Assembly: GCA_026770705.1 (NCBI GenBank)
Contig: JANJGN010000026.1
Location: 7,254,001-7,318,000 of the forward strand
Reading direction: 5' to 3'
DNA length: 64,000 bases
DNA from: Isurus oxyrinchus
Taxonomy: Eukaryota
Position numbers and translations under genes: made by a program. Positions 1 through 12,809 of this stretch are shown here, piece by piece; within the stretch, counting starts at the first letter, position 1, and each line of letters begins with the position of its first letter. The notes beneath the pieces were generated by a model, which ran no database searches, had not been told where the DNA came from, and worked only from the letters and a program-made list of their open reading frames with translations.

Positions 1-1150
1 TTCTGTACGGTTAATATTAGTGTGCAATGAAGTAATTCTGCACGGTTAATATCTGTGTGTACTGCAGCAATTCTATACGGTTAACATCAGTGTGCACTGT
101 AGCAATTCTGTGCGGTTAATATCAGTGTGCACTACAGCAATTCTGTACGGTTAATATCAGTGTGAACTGCAGCAATTCTGTACGGTTAATATCAGTGTGA
201 ACTGCAGCAATTCTGTACGGTTAATATCAGTGTGCACTACATCAATTCTGTACGGTTAATATGAGTGTGTACTGCAGCAATTCTGTACGGATAACATCAG
301 TCTGCACTGCAGTAACTCTGCACGGTTAATATTAGTTTTCACAGCAGTAATTCTGTCTGGTTAATACCAGTGTGTACTGCAGTAACTCTGCAAGGTTAAT
401 ATTAGTGTTCACTGCAGTAATTCTGTATGGTTAATATCAGTGTGTACTGCAGCAATTCTGTACCTTTAATATCAGTGTGTACTGTAGCAATACTGTACGG
501 TTAATATCAGTGTGTACTGCAGTAATTGTGTTCGGTTAATATCAGTGTGTACTGCAGCCATTCTGTATGGTTAATATCAGTGTGTACTGCAGCCATTCTG
601 TACGGTTAATATCAGTGTGCACTGCAGTAATTCTGTACGGTTAATATCAGTGTGTACTGAAGTAATTCTGAGCGGTTAATACCAGTGTGCACTGAAGTAA
701 CTCTGTACGGTTAATATCAGTGTGTGCTGCAGCAATTCTGTACGGTTAATATTAGTGTGCAATGAAGTAATTCTGCACGGTTTATATCTGTGTGTACTGC
801 AGCAATTCTTTACGGTTAATATCAGTGTGCACTGCAGAAATTCTGTGCGGTTAATATCAGTGTGTACTGCAGTAATTCTGTACGGTTAATATCAGTGTGT
901 ACTGAAGTAATTCTGAGCGGTTAATACCAGTGTGCACTGCAGCAATTCTGTTCGGTTAATATCAGTGTGCACTGCAGAAATTCTGTACCGTTAATATCAT
1001 TGTGTACTGCAGCAATTCTGTACGGTTAATATCAGTGTGCACTGCAGTAATTCTGTACAGTTAATATGTGTGCACTGTAGCAATTCTATACGGTTAATAT
1101 CCTTGTGTAATGCAGCAATTCTGTACGGTTAATATCAGTGTGCGCTGCAA
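1..1150. repeat. Homogeneous 35-bp tandem satellite, ~33 copies, running off the left edge; consensus ~TTCTGTACGGTTAATATCAGTGTGTACTGCAGCAA
   Basis: Unit starts recur at 1, 36, 71, 106 and onward with few substitutions. Confidence 0.97.
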
Positions 1151-1635
1151 CATAAATTTAATACGGTTACGTTCAACGTGAACAGTTATTCTTTGCACAG
1201 CTTTATTCAGTGTCGACAACCCCATGTCATCACACTTGCATTCGGTTCTCGTGTCATCCAGTTCAACGCGATTAGTGTAGGTACAACTTGCCCTGGTCAA
1301 GCACTTCTATTCGTTGCGTACAGGCGCAGTTCAGCACGGTTATTGCCGAAATGGACTGATCCCAATAGCACGTACGACAGCGCCTGTTCCGCAGGTTTCA
1401 GTGTGGAGAACACAAGTTCATGGTGGCGATATGCGGTTTAAACAGAGACATTGTTGTGCTATTGTTTTCTATGCGGAGTAGACCTCTTCAGCATGGGTAA
1501 AATTATTTTGTAAATAATTAGAGCAGCATTTTTTCTCAGTATTGACTGATGCAATTCAGCATGGTTGCTGCCAGTGATTACTTGCTAATCGCTTTTACCT
1601 GAAAGGTGATAATGTCCAGGTTTGCACAATCACTT

Positions 1636-1736
1636 GGATAAAAACAAAAAAACTGCGGATGCTGGAAATCCAAAACAAAAACAAAAACAAGCCAGACCTG
1701 CTGAGTTTTTCCAGGTAATTCTGTTTTTGTTTTTGT
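1636..1736. mobile_element. Short head-to-head insertion of a Penelope-like terminal repeat family, with 15-bp TSD
   Basis: The family start (aactgcggatgctggaaatcc) is joined to an inverted part (gccagacctgctgagtttttccagg). The flanks carry an exact duplicate TTTGCACAATCACTT (1621-1635, 1737-1751). Confidence 0.7.
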
Positions 1737-1930
1737 TTTGCACAATCACTTCTTCAATGAGAAGATAACTCTGAATACAGTTACATTCACGTTTGACTTG
1801 TTAAGATCATTGGGATTGCATTCAGTGACGGCAGTTCGACACGGTTACATTTAGTGTGCCCGTTCCGGGTCAACGAGATTATATACAGTCTCCACAGGTA
1901 TCGTTCAGGACGATTACATCTAGTGTGGTT

Positions 1931-2160
1931 AAAAGCAAAATACTGTGGATGCTGGAAATCCGAAACAAAAACAAAAACAGCTGGAAAAACTCATCAGGTC
2001 TGATAGCATCTGCGGAGAGGAACGCAGTTAACGTTTCGAGTTCGTATGACTCTCCATCATCTTCTGTTGATGAGTCATACGGACTCTAAACGTTAACTGT
2101 GTTCCTCTCTGCAGATGCTGTCAGTCCTGATGAGTTTTTCCGGCTATTTTTGTTGTTGTT
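1931..2160. mobile_element. Fold-back (inverted repeat) insertion of the Penelope-like family, with hammerhead-like motifs
   Basis: ~1965-2052 is the reverse complement of ~2072-2160. An imperfect TSD flanks it: ttacatctagtgtggtt (1914-1930) and ttacatctaacgtggat (2161-2177). Confidence 0.75.
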
Positions 2161-2829
2161 TTACATCTAACGTGGATTGATCAGACCCGCTTTCATTTTG
2201 TTTACACGGGTCCAGTTCAGCATGTCCGGGAACGTTCAGCTCTGCACTGTGGCATTCGGTATTAACTGGTCATGATCTGTCAGGTTGCAATCCAAGTTAA
2301 ACACGGTTATGTTTACTCGATCTGGCCCAGGTTGCCGTTATTATACATAGTGAGCAGACGTTCAGTTCATCATGGTTGCATTCAGAGCACAGGCGTCCAG
2401 CTCAGCATAGTTATTTCAGTGATAACAGGCCCAATATGTATGTGACCAGAGTAACTGTGCACAATACATTTCAGTGTGGAAGATGCCAGTTCAAACTGTT
2501 TGCTTCCCCCGTTGACTAACCAAGCTCAGTACAGTTCTGCTCGACTGAGGCAGCTTTCGTGAGTAATGAAGTATTTAGTATCCATTGGTCCAGGGCTGTG
2601 CAGTGATACCTCAGTGTGCCATGTCCAGCTCTTTCTGAAATTCGCAGGTGCGCTTCAGAACAGTTTATACCATTGTGGACTTTCCACTTTCATCAGGGTT
2701 ACCTTGATTGTGGAACCCTTCCCATTTCGCACCATTATATTCATTGTTGTGAGTTCCAGTCCAGCGGGGTCAAATTCCGGGTGCACTGTCCCAGTTACGA
2801 GAAAGAATATTTGGTGTGCAAAGATCTCG

Positions 2830-3370
2830 TTCAGCAATTTAATTTCCCTACTCCTCATTTTACACACTTGTGCAAACTATTAAATTCTGTTATTACATTT
2901 GGTGCCAGTTTGCTATCATATTATGTTTCCTCCCTCTGCATTTTTTCTTTGGTTTGACCAGCGTTTATTGATATCTATAACTCCCACAATCCTCAGGCCT
3001 AATTTATTTCTCGTCAACATTATACACTACTTTTTAAAGAAAAATTACTGGTACTTGTCAGTTTATTGTTGTGCCACGGATGGACCACATTTCTCAACAA
3101 GCTTATATTTCGCGATGACATGCATGTTTATGCAAAGTATGTATATATTTTTAAATATTCACACCTGTTTATTTCCTTCTAATCTACTTTCCCAATCTGG
3201 CGTACCCATCTTGGGACTCCTACCCATGGAAATCGTTTCTTTTAACTTTAATGCACTAGTTTCAATTTTAGATGCATCATTCTTGATTTCAACTTCATTT
3301 TTTGACACGTTATGATAACTCTTCGCCAGAATACCCCGAAATATATGGCCAATAATTGCGTCCACCACAG
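2830..3370 (-). mobile_element. Degenerate CR1 LINE ORF2 fragment (endonuclease-RT linker region)
   Basis: The minus strand resembles the CR1 'EYESKLA.NIK...KSFY.YVK' segment. Heavily mutated. Confidence 0.5.
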
Positions 3371-3419
3371 TACAGAAGACAAGCTTTGAAAAAGACTCTT
3401 ATGTGATTGGATCCGTGAT

Positions 3420-5520
3420 TATTAATTGCAGGAAAATGGTTCATTAAGATCAAGGTTGACCTGATAATGGCCTCAACTCCCATTGGCTGCTTCTCCCAAT
3501 AACCCTTGACACCACTGCCCAGTCTACACAGTTTTGTGGGGAAAGAGAAACCAAAGACAAACAGATCGTTAAGAGAACAAATTCCTTTTAACCTTCATCA
3601 TAAAGGGGAGACTGTTTATTTTTAATTTGTGCTAGGTTTACAAAACCCCCGGAGGGGAAACCTTTTCAAAAATTCATTCATGGGCTGTGGGCGTCAGCGG
3701 CGAGGCCAGCATTTATTACCCATTCCCAATTGTCCTTGGGAACATGGTGCTGAGCTGCCTTCTTGAACTGCTGCAGTTCATGTGGCATAGGAAAACCCAT
3801 AACGCTGTTAGGGAGCAACTTCCCGAATTTTGACCTAGCGACTGTGAAGAAACGCCGATATGTTTCCATGTCATGATGGTGAGTGGTTTGGAGAGGAACT
3901 TCCTCGCTACCTAATCAAGCTTGTCTGAATCTTACATGCTTCGGTAAGTTCACGTCTGGATTCTTCTGAATCCCAACGAGTACAGCTAACCTGCTCACCG
4001 TTTCTTCATAAAACGTCACAGGAATAAATCGAGTTTACCTCCTCATATCACTCATTTGCAAGTATTTCCTAGCTTAAAAAATAGTTCAAAATCATACGTA
4101 GTGCTCTAGATGTTAGCTGCAACAAGGCATCTTTACATTTATATTCCATCCCACTTGCATTAAAGACACATATTGCATTTGTGTTCCTTATTAATTGTTG
4201 TATTTGCATCTAACTTTTCTTGATTTGTGTTCTGGGAGAGTCGTATCCCTGTGTAGCGCATTATTCTGCAATTTCTCTGCGCCTGAATATAATTTTCCTT
4301 TTCCATTCCTCCTACCATAATGGATAACTTCAAGTTTTTCCACATTAATGTTGCACTTGTATTTTTATTCCCATTCGCTGAAATATTTGATACGTCTTTG
4401 CAGAGTTTTGTATTCCCCTTTCAACTTGCTTTCCTCCCTATCCTTGCATCACCAGCACATTTGACTGCAGTGTGCACAGATCCATCATCTCAGTCATTAA
4501 TATAGATTCTAACACCCCACCCAATTATAGGTTGAAAGCTTTAAAGTAGCCCATTTCGGCGTACTCTATGGTTCTTCTTCACTTGTCAGTCATCTAGCCA
4601 TGCCAATATTTCACTTTGAACACCTTATCTTGCATGTGGCATCTTATTGAATGCATTTTAGAAACCCAAATACACCTCCGTTCATTAGCTCCCTTTATCC
4701 ACCTTTTGTGTTATATCTTCAAAGGAATCCATTAAATTTGAAAATACTATTTCCTTTCATAAAACCATGTTGAGTTTGCTTGATCCTATTATGATAATCC
4801 TCTTCTTTGTCTTCTTGAAAAGATAATCCTGAAATATCTTCTTCCCCCCAACCATGGCCAACATGGATCTCCAACCTGGGTGGAAACAATTAATCTCTTC
4901 ACGTGTCATTATCCCGTCTACTCTGTTACAAATCCGTGAAGCATTGATATGAAAAGCCTTTAACTTAAACGGTCCACCATTTCCCACGTCTCTGTCCTAA
5001 TTTAGGCGCTTCCTGTTAAACTCTCCTCTTCTTTTATCACTTTCCATTACCATTTACGTACATGACATGGGCTGAAGCTTCGCTGTTTTCTGAATTTAAC
5101 ATTTCTCCTTAAATTGATCAATTTACTTCAGTTTAACCACACAATTAACCATGTTTTCTTCTCTGTTTTACAATTGAAAGCCCCATGTATAGCACATTTT
5201 CTATTCGCCAGGACCTTTATCCCCGCCTGTTTCAATTGGAACGCGTCAAAACAGACCAGTTGCTTCTTCAAGAAAAGTAGAACCAATACCCCATGCATCT
5301 AAATCCGTCTCCAATAACATTCTCTGATTTACTGATTAATCTTAAAGCACCCATCAGTTGTTCCTTTATTTCTTTTCAAATGTATCCTTTTCATCATAAA
5401 CTTGGGGCTGGGTCAATGTTCTTTGATCATTTAACATTCAATTATCAAGTAATTCTTTGCTACTCACCAAGGAACTGCACTGAGCGAATGATACATTCAC
5501 CTGCTAATTTTGCATTACCA
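3420..5520 (-). mobile_element. Degenerate CR1 LINE (3' end plus RT remnants), interrupted at ~3670-3905
   Basis: CR1-type 3' tail near 3440-3600, and remnants of the RT motifs VYLxFxxAF (~4650-4676) and FADD-like (~4450). No open frame. Confidence 0.6.
3670..3905 (-). mobile_element. 3' fragment of the second LINE family (CR1/L2 superfamily, Zenon-like)
   Basis: attcattcatgggctgtgggcgtc...gccagcatttatt tail matches the copies at ~10735, ~22960 and ~37255. Encodes LPNSVMG.P..LQQFKKAAQHH. Confidence 0.8.
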
Positions 5521-5539
5521 TAAAAAATACAAATTTGCT

Positions 5540-7965
5540 TGAGAACGTAGTGGTGAACTATTGGGGTCCATGTGATGTACTAACACCCACAATGCTGTTA
5601 AGGAGGGAGTTCCAGATTTTTTATGCGCCGACTGTAATAGACTAGTGATATGTTTTCAAGTCAGGATGCTGTGTGGCATGAAGGGGAATATTCTTACCAT
5701 TGATGTCATCAGTATGGAAGGTGCTGCCGAAGAAGCCTTGGCAAGTTTCTACAGTGCATCATGTGGATGGTACACACTTAAACTACAGTTAGTGTGATGA
5801 AAGTACCGAATGCTTATCAGGGTGCCTTTCACTTGGTGGATTTCTCTTGGATGCTGTCAAACGCCTTGATTGTTGTTTCAGTTCCACTCACCCAGGCAAG
5901 TATACAGCATTCCAACTCAATCCTGACTTGACATTCTTATATGATGGACAGTTTTTTAAGAGTCATGAGATGAGTTTCTTGCCGCAGAATTCCTGGCCTC
6001 TGAGCTACTCTCCAATCCATAGTGTTTTTTGGCTAGGCCTGTTAAGTTTCTATCCAATGATAGCCACACGATGTTGAAGGTACGTTTACCATGGAACGTC
6101 AATGAGAGATTGTTAGTTTCTTTCTTGTTGGCGTTGGCCATGGCACTTGTGTAGTAATTGCGGTGCATATATTACTTGTAAGTTATCAGTACAAACCTGA
6201 ATGCAGCTCTTGCTGCAACATGTACTGGCAATTTTATTACCAAGGAGTAATAAGTGTAACAACGTTTTACAATCATTCGCCAACATAACCACTTCGGACC
6301 TTATGATGAGGGGAAGGTCATTAATGAGGCAAATGAAGATGTTTGGACCTGTATTACCGCCGTGAGTGGCTCCTGAAGTGATTTCCTGGATTTGAGATGA
6401 TTAATCTTCAACATGCACAACATTATATTTTGTTGTATATATGAGTCCGACCAGTGGGAATGTTTCTCCCTGCTTCGCATGAACTTGCGTCTTTCAAAGG
6501 ATCTCTTAATGCCACAATTTGTCAAACTCTACCTTGATATAAGGGACAACCACTTACACATCATCTCTGGATTTTAGCTCACATATCTATGTACCGGCCA
6601 CAATTGCCATGAGCTTCGAAGGCAGCTGTTCCTAGTGGATGCATTTGTGGGCAGGTCAATGACACCTTCCATCACTTTGCTGATGATGGAGTGTAGGCTG
6701 ATTGAGCATCAATGGGTCGGATTTTATTTGTTGCGCAATATCCATAGTGTTGTGTGTTCACCATGCTGGCTCCTCAGTTACACATATGCCGGGTGTTACT
6801 TCTGACCGGGTGTTCTACATTCCCCATTCCACCTGAGCGGTCCTCAGGCAGGATGGCAACTTTAGATTGTGGAATATTCTGGCCCATGGGATTTTGGTTA
6901 TGGTTGAATGCAATTATTCTGCTGATGATGGCCCACAGCGCCTTGCTTTTGCCCGGTTTTGAGTTGCTAGGTGTCTTCTGAATGCATCCCATTCAGCATG
7001 ATGGTAGTGCCACACAACACAATGGAGAATGTCTTCAATGCGAATTCTCACCTTGGTTTCGAGGAAGGCGATGCAGTGGTCACTCCTACCAGTACCAACA
7101 GATGCATCTGCGGCACATATTATGATGATGCCCAGATCAAATAGGTATTTCCCATGTGTTTTCTCTCTCCCCAGGTCCTCTCTGGTAGATATATAATTCA
7201 GATATCATTCAGCTCAGTCACTTGAGGCATTGTTGAATTGGAATTGACGTCCGAAGCCCATTTTACATGTACTTCATTGATTCTTCCTAGTGCTGCACAA
7301 CAATAATGAGCACAGATCCATTAGTGAATGGAGGTCATCAGCTGGTAACCACCAGGAACTATTCATATATGCCCTATTGCTTTAAGAGCCCATGATATTT
7401 GGTGTCAAAGTTGTATATTCCCATGGCCACGCCCTCTCAGTCACTGTGCCACCACCTGTGCCTGCTCGGCGTCTGTAACAATGGATTAAAGGCATTATTC
7501 TTTTAAGTATTACTGCACAAGGATATCCCTTGACTAGTCTGCCGACAGCTCTCAGTGTTGGCAGCAGATGCTCTCAGGTGTTCGTGAGGAAGAATTTGCA
7601 TGGTGCACTGGGCTGTATCTGCCTTTGCCATGTCCGCTGTTCAGAGTAATCTTAGGTGGGTGATCCAACTGTAATTAGGTTTTGATTTTCGTGGGGTTTT
7701 GGTACAACTGGGTGACATTCGGGACAATTTCAGGTGGAATTAAACATCATCCACCCTGCTCGTTTTCTGGAATCACATACAACCCAGGAGAGTTAATGGT
7801 GGCGATCTCATTCTTCAAGAACATTTGTTAATCAGAATTTTTTTTTTCAAATTTAACAGCCTGATAAATTTATGTTCATCATTATTACCTCCTGATCACT
7901 GTTTCAGTTGGTCAAATGAATTAAGCTTAGAATCCAAGGGTGCCGTGCTGGGAATTAGACTCATG
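5540..7965 (-). mobile_element. Old, long copy of the Zenon-like LINE including its tRNA-like 5' head
   Basis: Colinear by eye with 37252-40295: RT-region similarity at 5580-6720 and the 5' leader at 7700-7965. Confidence 0.7.
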
Positions 7966-8429
7966 TAAAATCTCACTGTATTTATATATTTAATTAATTT
8001 GGAGCTTGTCTATGTTTGTATTGCACTAGACCTTGTCTCAGTTATTGCTGCACTTCACAATATCTCTTGATGTTACATTGGGCTCTGTCTCATTATTACT
8101 GTTTCTGTTTCTTAACACTCGGTCTTGTCTGATATTTATGTAATTCTTACTGCCTTTCATAATATCACATGAGTACATTTCCTTGCATTGCTACACTAGA
8201 CACTGTCAGTATAAAATAAATTGCACAATTTCAACAGTTGCAAGTTCAGAAAAATCTGCCGTTATATGTACAAAAATCTAGAATGCTGGCCGGACAAGCT
8301 ACAGCGTTTAACTAGGCATACTTGATCACTACTCTCCAAAAAACATAAGTTAATTTTCTTCCCACTGTCATGCGGTATTAGCTTCACTATGTTCAGACCA
8401 GCCACTTTCCACATTTTTTGTATATAATC

Positions 8430-9700
8430 CAGCGAATTATTAACTGAGGCAGGGTGTAAGGTAATATAAACAAGAAGCATGTTCGAATAGAGATAGGGAT
8501 GATTAATAGAAACAGAGACACGATCGGATGTTGTTCCAAAAGAAAGAAATGGTTTTGTGTTAAAGGCCATTATAGGGTCATCGTTATATGGTTACCATCG
8601 TTGAGAAGTAAATATTCCAGGATATGCAATATTTCAAAAAAAGGCAAAGGCAAATTACAGCTGATGCTGGAAATCTGTTACAAGAATAAATAATGCTGGA
8701 TCCACCTCAGCAGGTCTGGCTGCATCTGTGGAGAGACAGAGAGAGAGACTTAGTGTTTCGAGTCTGTATGAGTCTACCTCAGTTCACAAAGACAGACAGA
8801 ATGGCTAAGGAGGAAGGATATTCCTGAGGGTAAAGAATGGCATAAGGGCATTAGTGAGAAACGATCCTGGTTCAGAAGATCATGAAGTAGAATCAACATG
8901 GGTGAATATGAGTAATATCCAGAGATAGGTAACACAGGTTGGAATTATTTATAGACACATGAAAAGTTATTATGGCTTTGGATAGAGCAGACAAGATTAC
9001 AGAGTTAATATGTGTTACAAAGGCAAACTAATAATTATGATGGGCATTAATCTTCACATATATTGGGCCAGTCAGGTTGGAAATGGTGGTCAAGATTAAA
9101 AGTTTGTAGATGGTTTCATAACAGTTCCTTGGAGCAATATTTTATGGAACCGTTTTGGGAAAGAACTCGATTCAGTATTGTGCAATGCATCAGAAGTAAT
9201 TGGAAATTTCATTTTTTAAAAGCACTGGTAATAATGAGCATAATGCAGTTGACTGTCATGTTATGACTTAAAGCAACATACACAAAACACAATCAAGAAT
9301 CTCCAATGTAAATAAAGCCTAATATAAAGCCGGGAGTGGAGAAATGGCTACGTTTGATTGGATAAATAGTTTAAAGCTTTGGCGTTATATAAACAGTTAA
9401 ACTTTTAAAAGAAAAATTCAAACAACAAAACAAACATTCAGTTGAAAAACAAAAACGCAGCACATCAGAATCATCCATGGTTTGCTCAGGAATTTCATGA
9501 TAGCATTTGTTTAAATGCAGAGGCTTCCACACAATTGTGGCATGTCTGGGAATTGCCAGTGTATCGGAAACCAATAAAGGAGAACGAAAACTTTGACGAA
9601 AGGAGAAAATAAAATGTGATGTAAACGAGCTAGAAACGTTGAAAATCATCAAGATTTGTAAGAACGTATGCCAGTATGTATAAAAAGAAAAGGATAAAAG
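8430..9700 (+). mobile_element. Degenerate CR1 ORF2 endonuclease-linker fragment, interrupted by a Penelope-like insert
   Basis: NIPGYAIF (~8610), then DRQNG.GG..., EDHEVES.WV (~8795-8905), and the linker region at ~9600-9695. Confidence 0.65.
8650..8787. mobile_element. Diverged Penelope-like terminal repeat copy
   Basis: gatgctggaaatc...ctcagcaggtctggctgcatctgtggagag...gtttcgagtc, the same family as 1931-2160. Confidence 0.7.
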
Positions 9701-9825
9701 ATGGTGTTTTACAACAATTGTCTCGTGGCCATGATTAGACTCTTAATTCCAGATTATTATTGAATTCAACTTCCGCCCTCTACCGTGGCAGGATTCGAAC
9801 CCTGGTCCCGTCAACTATACTGAAC
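9700..9825 (-). mobile_element. tRNA-headed SINE 5' fragment
   Basis: Perfect pol III B box GGTTCGAATCC on the minus strand (9791-9801). Adjacent sequence matches the SINE at 22117. Confidence 0.7.
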
Positions 9826-9879
9826 TCGTCTGTGTGTTGAATGCAACCACTTTAAATTGGGTTTTTCAAAACTGAAATA

Positions 9880-10620
9880 AAAAACATTTAGTGAACCGCA
9901 TGAATCAGAATGACACTGACCTGGACAAATTCACATTGGCCTGAAACTTGGTGAACAGCGTCATTCCAGATTGGAATTAATCTTACTGAAGTGGGCCTTT
10001 CCAGACTGAATCTCACCTCCTGTTTTCGGAATGGATCTAGTGATACTGAATAGTACAGTGCTGACTTCAGCCTATGAACAATACATTTAACCCTGCTTAG
10101 GTCCCAAACAGTACGCGGACTTGCTGAAATAAATCTGTCCATAGTGAATATAACCGCAGAGGTGTGATGATCTCCAGACAGACTATATCTCTGCAGAACA
10201 GAAGCAGGTTTACACTGAATTTAAACAATCCGAAAAGGACCTGCCAACACTGAATATAACAGCCTTTAAGTGGACATGTTTATATGGAATATAACAACTC
10301 GAAATGGATCTGTCCACTGTGAAATGGTCATTCTCACGGTGAATATATTGGCAGCGAGCTGGATAAATCCGCACTGTAAGTAACAAAGAAATGGTCCTTT
10401 GCGCGTCGAATGTGGTTGTGTTTAACTGTACCTTGACAGCCTGAATGTACTCAATTGAGTGGAAAAGAATGTACAGCTTCAGAAATATTTGTAACCATGT
10501 CGCAGGTTTGAGCCCTGTATACAGAGACTGAGTGATGATCAAGGGCGAGGACTTGGCTGCGCTTGGCCTGACAACCTGAACATATCCCATCAATGATATT
10601 TTGTTCTGAAACCACTTAAA
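9880..10620. repeat. Diverged ~35-bp repeat, inverted relative to 1-2550
   Basis: (C)ACTGAATATAAC-like cores at ~10142, ~10212, ~10247 and ~10283, i.e. 35-bp phasing. Reverse complement of the GTTATATTCAGTG core. Confidence 0.65.
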
Positions 10621-10734
10621 CGAGCGGTAAGGTGTTTAAACCTGATAACTTCTCGTGCTCAGTGTTCACTTTCACTCTGGCAGCCTCCAATTTTGTTTCT
10701 CATCATCTTTTATAAACAACTGCAAATACTTTCT

Positions 10735-11880
10735 TGTTCATTTACAGGATTTGGGCATCGCTGACTATGCCATCATTTATTAGCCATCCCTATTTGCCCT
10801 TGAGAATGTGGTGGTGAGCTGCGTTCCTGAACGGCTGAAGTTACTAAGGTGTAGATACACCTACAATGCTGTTCTGGAGGGAGTTCCAAGATTTCAACCC
10901 AGCGACAGTGAAGGGAAAAATATATATTTCCAAGCAAGGATGGTGATTCGCTTGGAGCGGAACATCCAGGTGGTGGTGTTCCCATGTATCTGCTACCTTT
11001 GTCCTTCTAGATGGCGAAGGCTGTGGGTTTATAAGTTCCCCAGGAGCCTTGGGGAATTCCTGCAATGCATCTTGTAGATGGTACACACTGCTGCCACCGT
11101 GCATCGGTGGTGGATGAAATGAGTGTTTGTGGATGTGATGCCAATCAAGAGGGCTGCTTTGTCTTGGATGGTGTCAAGCTTCTTGAGTGTTGTTGGAAAT
11201 GCACTCATCCAGGCAAGTGGAGGGTATTCCATCACACTCCTGACTTTTGCCTTGGACATGGTGGACAAGCTTTGAGGAGTAAGGATTCCTCGCCATTGAC
11301 CTGCTCTTGCAGCCATGGTATTTATGTGGCCACTTCTGTTCAATTCATGGTCAATGTTAACCCTCAAATGTTGACAGTGCGAGATTCTGCGATTGTAATG
11401 CAATTGAATGACATTGTGTAATGATTAGATTCTTTCTTGTTGAGGATGGTCTTTGCCTGGCACTTGTGTGGTCCGTACAAAATTTGCAACTTGTCAGTCC
11501 TAGCTTAAATAATGTCCAGGTATTTGTTGCGCTTGTACATGCAATGCTTCAGTATCTGAGGGGTCAACAGTGATGCTGAACATTGTGCAATCATCAGCGA
11601 ACATCCCCACTTTTGACCGCGTGATGGAACGCAGTTCATTGATGAAACAGCTGAAGATGGTTCGACCTAGGCCTCTATCCTGAGGAACTCCTGCAATGAT
11701 GTTCTGGAGCTGAGATAATGGAGCTCCAACTACTACAACTATATTCCTTTGTGCTAGGTATGATTCCAGCCTGCGGAGAATTTTCGATTTGATTCCTATT
11801 GACTCCAGTCTGTATCGGGCTGGTGATGCAGCACTCGGTCCAATGCTTCCTTAATGTCAAAAGCAGTCACTTGCAATCCT
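10735..11880 (-). mobile_element. 5'-truncated Zenon-like LINE (RT C-terminal part and 3' tail)
   Basis: ORF 11029-11403 reads KAKVRSVMEYPPLAWMSAFPTTLKKLDTIQDKA. The tail matches the other copies. Confidence 0.88.
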
Positions 11881-11939
11881 TTTCAACTATGGTCCTTCAA
11901 ACTGTAACCTCTGGGTTTTCATTTTAGAGTTTTATCATG

Positions 11940-12060
11940 TCCCTTGAAGAACGCTCCATTCCACCAAAACAAACAAAAATAAAACGATCCCAGCAGGAAT
12001 TAATAAAGAAATCAACACATCTAATCAACTCCCTGATGCATGGCATCAGGTCTGGATATG
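11940..12060 (+). promoter_or_regulatory. Decayed promoter module of the receptor pseudogene (TAATCA followed by an O/E-like TCCCTGATG)
   Basis: TAATCA-ac-TCCCTGATG at 12022-12038, 76 bp before the ATG. The spacing matches the module of the intact paralogue (77 bp). Confidence 0.4.
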
Positions 12061-12809
12061 GAATCTTTCAGCTCATGCAGATTGTGCTAAAGCTTCTGAT
12101 ACATAATGCATGGATCACCGAAAGTCCCAGTGTTTGCCATTGCCTATCCCAACTTTTCAGCTATTGGGGTTCCAGGCAATGTGTTACCAGATTGGCGGGA
12201 AACATGGTGAGCTGTATCACTGTTTCCATTTACCAATAATGCTTCTTTATTTCACTAATATTAATTCTCCCATTTAATGGAACAATTTCTCCTCTACAGT
12301 GCTATGCTTTTGCATTTTAATGTAATAGATTATTCATATAAAGGCGAAATTCAACCCTTTTAAGATTATTAAATATTGAATGAAATGATGAAATGTATTA
12401 TCTTTTCGGCCATTATTTCTCCTCATTACTGAAAATATTTGTTGCTTTTATTAGTGCCAGTACTCACTTTTAACAGCATTCATTCTTCACATTTTCACTG
12501 CATTTCCACAGTTTATACTGTATCTTAGATATATTGTGTAATTGACACGGTTTCAATTGGTGAATTATTATGCTATTCTCATGGTTTCAAAGTCGATCTA
12601 TTGTTATAGTGACGTTGTTACTGTGAGACAATTATCACATTATTACCAATCTCTAATGCAGATTTATTCAGGTATTGAGATTCGGAGTGATAGAGTAATT
12701 TCCACATGTTATCAATTCATTGAGTGTATTGGACCATTGAGTGATTTCTGAATTGTTGTAATGAAATATTTTATTGAAGAAACATTATTCAGCATAAATG
12801 TTTGGCAGA

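Larger units (their letters stand above)
1151..2550. repeat. Highly diverged ~35-bp repeat related to the 1-1150 satellite (core CAGTTCAGCACGGTTACATTCAGTGTG)
   Basis: Examples: gcagttcagcacggtta (~1326), gcagttcgacacggttacatttagtgtg (~1831). Related units start at ~1840, ~1875 and ~1910, and more follow at 2360-2480. Confidence 0.7.

Noticed and set aside
1-1150. CRISPR-like array, or RAG recombination signals (CACACTG next to ATATTAACC on the minus strand)
   Set aside because: There are no unique spacers or cas genes. The heptamer-like and nonamer-like words are not 12 or 23 bp apart, and no V/J segments are present.
9785-9825. tRNA gene (perfect B box)
   Set aside because: No cloverleaf could be built, and the flank matches the SINE family.
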